From Takakia lepidozioides (lineage: Eukaryota; Plantae; Bryophyta): a DNA stretch of 64,000 bases. The translations under genes were made by a program, and so were the position numbers. Under the pieces are notes generated by a model, which worked only from the letters and a program-made list of their open reading frames with translations, did no database searches and had not been told where the DNA came from. Positions 50,903 through 64,000 of the stretch are shown piece by piece. The stretch spans positions 54,746,001-54,810,000 of the forward strand of contig CM060733.1 of the NCBI GenBank assembly GCA_030704615.1, in the 5' to 3' direction. Each line of letters begins with the position of its first letter. Position 1 is the first letter of the stretch.

Positions 50903-51309
50903 ACTGGAAGAATCATCAAGAACTCGTGCTCAGTTATAGATTGTACAGAAGGAGACACGCGAAGAACGCGCGATCGCATGTATTTGGTCCACAATTTTCC
51001 CTCCAATAATGTAAAATCTGATTGTAAGCAACAACGAGGTTGTTAAGCATGGCGAACAGAATCCATATACATGACTTTGTGCTTTCAGTCATATAAGAGT
51101 ATCCTGACATCTATTATCCCAAGAAAATTCTTCTGAGTTGTAGGAACATCAGAACCACGCACAATCGCGCGTTATTGAATTGAGGCACAGATAAACTAAT
51201 TTCATCCCACTGCGAGAAGTCTACCGGAAGGACTATTAAAGTACATTGAGAACATTGAGGATTATCTAGCTGGGAGTCGTTTTTATTTATATTTAGAATA
51301 AGACTAAAA

Positions 51310-53425
51310 CGAAGAAGTCAAATTCGCGCTATTGCTTAGTTCTCCTGTAGGTGACGATTTGCACTGAATGAAGCACGCGCGATCGTGCGCGCACCTTTAA
51401 ACCATTCTTAGACATCACATCTTCACTGTCTAATCTGAAAGAGTGCTCGACATAATCGATGAACAACCTAAACGATGTTGACGACAAGTAATATTTCAAA
51501 CTGTCCTAGACTTTTGGATTGATATTTGGATACTATTGTATATTATTGTGTCCACATTGAACACCTCCGCCCATCATACATAAGAGTGACAATGCCACCA
51601 CATATAGGAATTATTATACTCTGTGTCATGGCAAGACAGATAAAGTGCGACAAAAGATTTTAGTTGACATTGTATAATGTGAACTAATGTCTTCCGAAAC
51701 ACTTTACAGTTTTGAGTATGCACTCAGACATATCCTCATATGTGTCATCTAATCATCTGGGTATCAATGGTGTTGTCGTGGTCGATAGAATACAAGTACC
51801 AACAAAATGAAGCTTCTTCAGGGCATTCTTTCGCATCACATCTTCAATTTCTCATCCAATGCAGTTTAATAGAGAGTCAAATTCGCGCGATTGCGCAAGG
51901 TTCAATCATTGCATAATCATTTTAATTGAAAACATTGAGTTTATTGTCATACTAATGAATGATTTCTTCGACCCCGTACAGTTTGGTATTAGCTACTGTT
52001 CGATAGGACTTCTGTAGTGACGACTTGCACTGAATAAAGCACGCGCGATCGCGTGTGCTCTTTTAAACCATTCTTGGACATCACATCTTCACTGTCTAAT
52101 CAGAAACAATGGTCGACATAATCGATGAACAACCTAAGCGATGTTGATGACAAGTAATATTTCAAACGACTTTTGAATTGATATTTGGATACTATTGTAT
52201 ATTATTGTGTCCACACTGAACACCTCCACCCATCATACATAAGAGTGACCATGTCACCACATATAGGAATTATCATATTTTGTGTGCATGACAAGACATA
52301 TAAAGTGCAACGGAAGATTTTAGTTGACATTGTATAATGTGAACTAATGTCTTCTGAAACACTTTACAGTTTTGAGTATGCACTCAGACATATCCTCATA
52401 TGTGTCATCTAATCATGTGGGTATCAATGATGTTGTTGTTGGTCGTTAGAATACAAGTACCAACCAAATGAAGCACGCGCGATCGTGCGTACTTCTTCAG
52501 GGCATTCTTTCGCATCACATGTTCAATTTCTCATCCAATGCAGTGAACTACAGAGTCAAATTAGCGCGATTGTGCAAGGTTCAATAATTGCATAATCCTG
52601 AAAATTGAAAACACTAAGTTTATTGTCTTGCTAATGAATGATTTCTTCGACCCCGTACAATTTGGTATTAGTTACTGATCGATAGGGTTTCTGTAGGTGA
52701 TGACTTGCACTGAATGAAGCACGCGTGAGCTCCTTTTAACCATTCTTGGACATCACATATTCACTGTCTAATCAGAAACAGTGGTCGACATAATCGATGA
52801 ACAACCTAATCGATGTTGATGACAAATAATATTTCAAACTGCCCTGGACTTTGGGTTGATATTTGGATACTATTGTATACTATTGTGTCCACACTGAACA
52901 CCTCCACCCATCATACATAAGAGTGACCATGTCACCACATACAAGAATTATCATATTTTGTACGGATGACAAGACAGATAAAGTGCAACGGAAGATTTTA
53001 GTTGACATTGTATAATGTGAACTAATGTCTTCCGAAACACTTTACAGTTTTGAGTATGCACTCAGACATATCCTCATATGTGTCATCTAATCATGTGGGT
53101 ATCAATGATGTTGTTGTTGGTCGCTAGAATACAAGTACCAACCAAATGAAGCACGCGCGATCGTGCGTACTTCTTCAGGGCATTCTTTTGCATCACATCT
53201 TCAATTTCTCATCCAATGCAGTAAATTACGGAGTCAAATTAGCGCGATTGTGCAAGGTTCAATAATTGCATAATCCTTAAAATTGAAAACACTGAGTTTA
53301 TTGTCATACTAATGAATGATTTCTTCGACCCAGTTTGGTATTAGTTACTGTTCGTTAGTGCTCTTGTAAGTGACGATTTTTACTGAATGAAGCATGCGCG
53401 ATCGCGCGTGCTTCGTTCAGACCAT
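51310..53425. repeat. Tandem array of ~3 units of ~670-680 bp
   Basis: Marker (GC)ACTGAAT(G/A)AAGCA at ~51361, 52027, 52707, 53381. CTTCGACCC at ~51966, 52645, 53322. AT-rich, and each unit carries palindrome variants. Confidence 0.92.
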
Positions 53426-53884
53426 TCCCTTGCTGAAAGTGCTTATTGGCCTCGCTCCAAGTCCTAACTAAACCATGTTTCGCAATACTATCACTGAAAT
53501 AAACACGGGAGATCGCGCAAGGTTTCACTATGGCTTACGAAATCACTATGAATCCCTATTTCGAGAGGCACGTAATGCAGATCATGGAAATAATGTGCAT
53601 AACCGAATCGAGCCAAAAACACAGTTTGGTATCCAGAACTGTACATGGTAAAATGAGTTCACGCGCGATCGCGCGTGAATGGACTGTGTCATGGTACCTA
53701 TACTGAGGCCTACACCATAGGCTGCAAAACCTAAACAGTTGCCAGCTGTATCTACGAACCCTATGAAATCAAAATTTCTCATGTCTCGAATCCGGAGTCG
53801 TTCATCAAGGAAAACGTACATATCCCGAAATCTTCCACAATTCCCAATCCTTCTATCAACCATCCTACCTCTTTAACCCTGGAA

Positions 53885-53985
53885 TCAATCCAAAAATCAA
53901 AACAACTAATCAAAACAATCAAAACAAGCAATCATTCGCTCAAACAAGCAAACAATCAAGCAAACAATCAATCAAACATGCAACT
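53885..53985. repeat. Low-complexity (CAAT/CAAA/CAAG)n tract
   Basis: Seen directly. Confidence 0.7.
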
Positions 53986-54576
53986 TCTACGTTCCTACAA
54001 TTTCTGCAGCCCACGGAAGAATCCCTTATTGCATGCACGAAGAAGACGAGAAATTTTTTTACCTGCTTGATGTCATTTCAGGCAAGGATCCTCCCTGCAG
54101 GGCTGGATGAGCTCTCTCGTTCGGGTGCGCACAACAGCTTCCGGGATGGCTGTCGTGCGCATACATATCGCTACACAACTACATCGCTGTCCAAAACCAC
54201 ACAAACATATGTGCACGCCACACACTAGTATAGCACTAGTCCAACCACTAGGCTACAACTAGTCAGTCACTAGGCTACCACTATACTGCCCACTATGGCA
54301 GTCACTAGTCCACACAATTGCCCCCCTAGCTGGTGCTTATGTCCCTCTAAGTCCAAGTAGCCACAAGATGTGATAGTGACCATAGCCTCACTAAGTCCTC
54401 CACCACTATCCCTACTACACTCAAACTCGATAGATCAAGAGGCCGGGTGCAAGAGTTGCCCCATCGTTAGTCGCCGTCTTGCAACTTATGAACTTGAGCT
54501 TGGGATCTCATGTATTGACTCCTATGAGCTTGGCCTCCCATGTCTTGTTAGCTGCCTCCAGTCATGTCCACTGCCA

Positions 54577-54725
54577 CTATCCCAAGCAGTGTGAACACAA
54601 CCAATCTCCATCAGGAACCTTCTCAAGAGGTGGTGTCAAGCATCTCATATGCCAACCCCTTGAGCATCGATCACACACCAGCATGGTGGTTGCCCCTTTG
54701 GCAGACCCACAGAACATGCACTTCA
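54577..54725 (-). CDS. PHD finger at the integrase C-terminus
   Basis: C-x2-C...CDRCSRGWHMRCLTPPLEKVPDGDWLCSHC, canonical C4HC3 with the W before the last Cys pair. Confidence 0.9.
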
Positions 54726-54813
54726 AACCTACAGGTACCACTGCCAAGTTTGGGTCAACTCTGCCATCGACATTGGGAAGGTGACATGGTGCACAATTAC
54801 GCACATTGTCCTT

Positions 54814-55840
54814 TCAAGTCATGCCATCCCGACCCTCCAAGATCAGGACCCCTAAGGGCAACACCTCTCGAACCCTCAGAATAACACGCCCTGTAGTAAC
54901 ATCCAGAGTCGTAGGAGCAGTCTGCTGCAAATAAACATAGTCACCAGGGCTAAACCTCCGAACCCCAGGACGATATCCTCCACCACGTATAGTGACATAC
55001 CTCAACGTATCACGGTGTTGTGCAATGGTAAGGTTCTCAAAAGCCATGGGCATGACTTTCTTGAACAACTCTGCACGCTGATCACATGCACGTACCCACA
55101 CGTCCGGATCGTCAAGGTTAAGGACTTGAGCAGTGTCCCTACGAATGGCTGCAGGCAAATCCGGCTCTCGGCCAAAGAGAAGGAAATATGGTGAGAAGGA
55201 GGCAAGTGATGCTTGTTTGCTGAACTTGTAGCCCATGGCTAACCAAGGAGCCTGAAGATCCCAATCTCCTAGGTGTCCCTTCTGCAAACCATATTTGTGC
55301 AAACCCCTCTTCACCGTTTGAACAACTCTATCTGCCAAGCCATCGGTCTCAGGATGATCCCGAGAAGTGGTGCGGTGGTCTATCAAGGCTTTATCACACA
55401 AAGCCTGAAACTCCCCGAAGAACTCTCTCCCTTGGTCCGTGAGTACCTCAGCTGGAGCACCAAATCGGCTAAGCACACGATCCAAGAATGCATACGCAGC
55501 CCCCTCACTAGCCTTGTCAGGCAATGGAACCAACTCAATCCACTTGGAGCAGTGCTCCACCATCACCAACACATATCTGTGGTGACGCATAGTCAGTGGC
55601 AACGGTCCTGCGAAGTCAAGACTCCACCTGTAGCCCAATCCCATGATTGGTAAAGGATGCAACTGTGGTGTAGGGGCGTTGAATGAAGCACGCACCCTGT
55701 CACACACCATGCACCTAGCCACGAACTGTTGCAGCTCTGTATGCATACCACGCCACCAATACCACCCCTGCAGTAAACTGTGAGTGCGTCATACTCCAAA
55801 ATGCCCCAATTCCTCATGGGCATGCCGCACTAACCATGCA
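54814..55840 (-). pseudogene. Retroviral-type integrase (H2C2 + catalytic core)
   Basis: HAHEELGHFG*..CMVC, WSLDFAGP, VLTDQG, HPETDGLADR (catalytic Glu position is Asp), SPYFLLFG. Confidence 0.9.
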
Positions 55841-56699
55841 CGTTGTGTGGGGTGAGGCACAATCCTCACCCGACCATCCTCCCACACTCGAAGTAGGTGT
55901 ATCCCCTCCCACTTGAACCTCTTGGCTCGTTGCAGGATCCGATCCATCTCCCTGGCAGTCACAGTGGCTGCCGTATCTCCCATGCGGAGGTAGTCCAACA
56001 CAGCCAAATCCTCATGTATATCTCTGGCACCACCTGGCTCATCACTAGCCTCAGGGTCCTCAGACTTTCCGTCTACAGTCATCCCTGTTGTAGGTCCAAC
56101 CTGACCTCCCGATGCCAAGATACACAAAAATGCAGATGCGTGCCATCCCGACACCATCTCCTTATCCGTCTCACCATGCCACCGAGCTCCAGTGTCATCC
56201 TGCTGGCTCGTGCATGGATTGCGACTCAATCCATTCGCATCCCGATTGACCAAACCCGGTCGATGCACAATCTGAACATGTCTCTCATGCTCCTCCACCG
56301 TAGCACGAGAGACAAAACAATTCCAGTAAGCCTCAAGAACTGCCATATACATTGTCTCTCTCCTCTAGTGACAATAGGTCCAATGTCAGGCTCCCAATTG
56401 CCCTTCGTAACTGCAACCTTAAGTCCAGCAGAGTTAGAGGTAGAGGACGCGTCCCGTGGTTGCTTTGCCGCAACCTCTTGAGCAATACTCCCTGCCTTCT
56501 CAGTCAATGACAAGGCCTCATCCTGCCCCATCATCTCATCCTTGAGGACCTCCTCAACCCGAGAAGAATCCCCAACCTCATCCATTACAGCCGCCTTGGC
56601 TGCCAACTCCCTCTAAACCTCGAGCACCTCCCACGTGTGCCATGGATGCCTGCACCTCGTGGTCCTCACATGCTTGCCCCTACTCACTGCCTGTACCGT

Positions 56700-57590
56700 C
56701 TCGGTAGGCAGAGAGACCATCGAGGGAAGTGTACTCCGCACTCTGCGTTGCTCAGCCATAGCCAAGCTGATAATCCAGGTCAAGCAATTGAGATCCATTG
56801 CTTGCCCCAACACCTGACGACGTGATGCCGACACCGCCGTGGTACCAGTGGTAAAACCCATTGCCCGCTCACGCTCGTCAGCATTAGGCTCCACTAATGG
56901 CTGCAACTGAGCATCCCACATGAGGCCACGTCCACTATCCTGGAAAGCATGCGATCTTGGGAAGCTGAGCAGTGTAGGTAATGCTGCTCGTGGTTGACCC
57001 ACCTTGTTGACCACTGCCAAAGGCGAACGGTCATCGTGTCTCACACGCTGAGACTGCCTCCCTGTGTCCAAAATGCTATCCACTGTGAGATGTGCTGGCC
57101 GCTGCATCCCATCAAATGCATGCTTGAGTAGTGCGGGTGACATCAAGTTAGTCCACCATAACCGTGGACGATGAGCCCGTGACCCCACTGCAGCTGCATC
57201 CAGCAACACTGTTGACCCAAGCCACGACCGGACTTGATGCACACTGGCCATCACCCTGGCCCGAGAATCGCCCATCAGTGGCACATTCTCCAAGATGTAT
57301 GTTGGAGATACAGCCTAATGAAGTTGTAAGTGGCGCAAAACCTGCACCATCTCCCAAAACAGACCCGACCTCGAGTCTTGCAATCCATTGTCATGCCCGG
57401 CTGATGAATACCCTTGGCAGGGCCAACCTGCCACTACCAAATCAATGAAGCCAACCCGCTCCAAATCCTGCGCCCCCAGCAACGAAATGTCTGCTGGCAA
57501 GGCCTGCTGATATCCACGAACTGTACACACCGGCAATAACTCAGGGTACTGCTGCACCAAATGAGCAACATGGCGAAGTGAAACGCATCG
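56700..57590 (-). pseudogene. C5-cytosine DNA methyltransferase domain (motifs IV-X; motif I lost)
   Basis: IDLVVAGWPCQGYS (IV), GLQDSRSGLFWE (V), ILENVP (VI), LLDAA (VII), AHRPRLWWTN (VIII), ERERAMGF (IX), LGQAM (X). All in one frame with a single TAG at 57317-57315. Confidence 0.9.
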
Positions 57591-59100
57591 TTACAAGATG
57601 GCATGTCGGCCAAGTCCTCCAAGGACATGTCCTGCAGGAGGCATTGCATGGAAATGTGAGGAACGAAAGGAAATAGAAGAGGTTCTGCAAGTGACAATCC
57701 AACAACCCCAAATGAATAGGCATGATGCAAAGTGAAATTTGTGTTTCTGGGATTGAAGAGGCTTACCGTCATCATGAAAGCTCCCCACTGTCTGTACCTG
57801 AAGTGCCAGAAAACCAACCAGTCCTCCAACTCCTTCAGGTGGATACCAGTAGCAGCACCAGAGAAGAACCACCAAGCCCGGATTGCTTGGTAAATGCTCT
57901 AAGCTTCTCCCATTGAGGTGGCATTTTTGTACTTGAGGCAGAGCCTTCTGTGCTCCAACTGAAGATGAGGGCGAATGCAGCACTTTGTATGACGTGCCAG
58001 AGATTGACTCCAATGGAAGAGGCATGTGTGCTCCCTATTTTCCATTGGGACCTTAGGATCCCTCGAACCAAACACGCGCCGCACTGCATTGAAATTTGTT
58101 TATGCACTATCAGCCATGAAGCCCGCAAAATTTGTGTTCTGTATTCCATTGTGTTGCATGACGGCCATGAGCGAATTCCACATGAGCATCTGGGATTCAG
58201 TGTCCTCCGACTGCATATCACAAATTGCTATGGAGAGCACATGTTGGTACGCTGGATCGTACACATGGCACGCCATGGTTGTCCAACCCTTCACCCATTT
58301 GCAGTGATCAAACATTAACCAACATTTTGCCAAATCTCCTCCAGGTTGCATTCGGCGGACAATGCTCACACCACTGCCTTCGCCCACTGTGGACATCTTG
58401 AACAAATACACCTTGGACGAGCCCTGGCCAGGGAAGATACTGTTTTGAATGAATTCATAGCGACTCCTCCGTTTCCATAATGTTGTCCATGAATCTAGCA
58501 GTGCCTGTGCCCATTCTGAGTGCATTCACCTGGTTTCGAATATTGGGAGAGCTCAACACGGAGAAATGGTCCATCACTGCCTCAAGCGAATCTGCATCTA
58601 GCATTGGTTGTGTCGCATCCCCTTCACCCAATATGTGTTTTTCCAGGAATGCCTTGCTAGCTGCAAGCGCTATAACAGAAGGTGTTGCACAAGGGGCATT
58701 GTGGAACTCCTACTTCAGCAGATTTCTAGCGATGTCCACGCTATCCCTGCAACTTCCTTTGGACATAGGATGCTCGTGTGTACCCATATGAATGTAGGCA
58801 CGAGTCATTGTCTTGCATCGGTGTGCCACCTGGTACATACGAGCGTGGCACACATAAACACAAGACGGGGAAAGTTTGCAGAACCTGCACACAAAAGTAT
58901 TGGTCTACTTACAATGTCACAAATACGTGGACCATTGGTAGTACGATTTTTCAAGGCAATCTGACGAACTATACCATTCAACTTATTGTCCCTGATGCGG
59001 CTACAACGACCTCATTGCTTGCAAGCCTGTCAACACCAAAGGAGAATCCAACCTGCAAGTAGTTGATCTCATTCAGTAGTAGTTAGGAGATTCAGTGCAT
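57591..59100 (-). mobile_element. Truncated MULE/Mutator-like DDE transposase remnant
   Basis: Cys/His zinc-ribbon (CRFC..C..HMGTHEHP), WLMFDH, ICDMQSED, GFMADSA, TCLFHW (CxxH) and WLVFWH motifs, with stops and frameshifts. Cut off after PSCN. Confidence 0.65.
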
Positions 59101-59827
59101 TCATTCTTACAGTTCTCTGAATTGCAGTAATGTTCACTACAATTTTTGAGTAGTTTTGATCAGTACGATTTAGAGCCTTGGAGTTGCTCATGATGTACAT
59201 AATTCTTTTCCAATGCAATTGAAGATTCTGTCTCGATATGCTTGCATTCAAGCTTCATGCAGTTATTTTGGTGTCATGCTGGGGAAGACGACGTGCCTAT
59301 ACTCGTACCCCTGAGTCTTGGCTTCATACCCGTGGAATATACGGTGTATATATACGGTTATGCATAATGTGGCAGAATCGGCCCTTGCGGCATATTATGC
59401 ACCCGTGGGCCGATTCGGCCAAATAAATTGGCCTGTGGAAAGGGCCGAATATGCCTTACCTGATTTTAACGTGGCGACAATGATGTGGCAGAGACGATGT
59501 CGAGTCTTTTTTAAAATTTTCCGGCAGGCCAAGCAGATTTTGAAAAACGATGACAATGTCGTGGTATTATGGCACCCTATTCTCGCTCTACACTAAAACT
59601 AGTTGAGTGGTCACTAGAATGTCACCTCGATTCTATCTGGAATATGAATTCCTTAGACCTTACATCATGGGTTGGAGATGGGAACATTGTTACTATTATT
59701 GAGAACATGGATGGATGGATGGACGGGAGCATAGGCTAGCGCGTCCTGCTCATCCATGAGGCCGGCTGCGATCGACGGCGGATGTTGAACGTTGGATGTG
59801 ATGCAGCAAACGAGGGGTTCCACTCGG

Positions 59828-59836
59828 TTAGGGTTT
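59828..59836 (-). promoter_or_regulatory. Telo-box in UAP56 promoter/5' UTR
   Basis: TTAGGGTTT 136 bp upstream of the ATG. Confidence 0.45.
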
Positions 59837-59971
59837 CAACCGTGCAGCCCTCGCTTCAGTGCTTGTTTGTTAGTTTTGTGAGTGCGGTGTGCAAGAGCGA
59901 GAGAGAGAAAGGGAGGCCAGGGCAAGGATTTGTGCGTCTTGTACTGCGCCAAAGCATCATCAGGAGGCAGG

Positions 59972-63993
<4,022 letters not shown>

Positions 63994-64000
63994 GTATGTG

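Larger units (their letters stand above)
34592..54070. mobile_element. Unclassified large repeat-like cassette (FCP1-like x3, ParB-like, CTD-heptad ORF, palindromes, tandem array), termini not identified
   Basis: Decayed multi-exon genes are united by a dispersed CGCGCGATCGCGCG palindrome found only here. It is bounded by LTR remnants. Mobility is inferred from context; no transposase was seen. Confidence 0.5.
54071..57590 (-). mobile_element. Internally deleted Gypsy-type LTR retrotransposon carrying a C5 DNA methyltransferase and an integrase-PHD
   Basis: Order on the minus strand: DNMT, linker, RNase H end (IVHRPGLVNRDANGLSR), H2C2, integrase core (SLDF, TDQG), PHD, G-rich tract (54317-54328), putative LTR 54316-54071. 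RT is missing. Confidence 0.8.

Noticed and set aside
36600-53680. CRISPR array or cyanobacterial contamination (HIP1 core)
   Set aside because: Spacing is irregular (about 90 bp to several kb), no cas genes, and the context is intron-containing plant DNA with nested plant retrotransposons.
34592-54070. Endogenous giant-virus (NCLDV) insert, suggested by the NIF phosphatase domains
   Set aside because: No capsid, polymerase, primase or packaging ATPase seen, and the genes have spliceosomal introns. An ancient viral origin is not excluded.
54220-54312. CACTA termini (many CACTA words)
   Set aside because: These are short CACTAG/CACTAT repeats inside the putative LTR, with no partner TIR or TSD.

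Overview
Nuclear DNA of a non-seed land plant, most likely a bryophyte. This is inferred from GT-AG introns, a plastid-targeted HDR, PLS-class PPR fragments and the TE types present. Host genes flank a ~44-kb block of nested mobile DNA. The host genes are SNM1 (5'-truncated, intronless here), an 8-exon CHX antiporter, a small secreted orphan protein, 10-exon HDR/ispH and, at the right end, the UAP56 (RH15/RH56) helicase. The mobile block has four parts. (i) An L1-type LINE is split by a 5.27-kb non-autonomous CACTA element carrying PPR gene fragments (CACTACAA ends, CTG TSD) and by a very young intact Ty3/Gypsy chromovirus (724-bp LTRs, GTGGC TSD). (ii) A ~19-kb unclassified decayed cassette (34.6-54.0 kb) carries three FCP1/NIF-like phosphatase domains, a ParB-like protein with a methyltransferase-like tail, an ORF with RNA polymerase II CTD-like heptads and a ~675-bp tandem array. 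About 18 copies of a CGCGCGATCGCGCG palindrome are confined to this cassette, and an old Gypsy is nested inside it. (iii) A deleted Gypsy-type element encodes a C5-cytosine methyltransferase and ends its integrase with a PHD finger. (iv) A truncated MULE-like transposase follows. The CTD-mimic/phosphatase/ParB/palindrome cassette and the DNMT+PHD retrotransposon are the best candidates for undescribed biology. All calls are by-eye motif recognition; no database searches were run.
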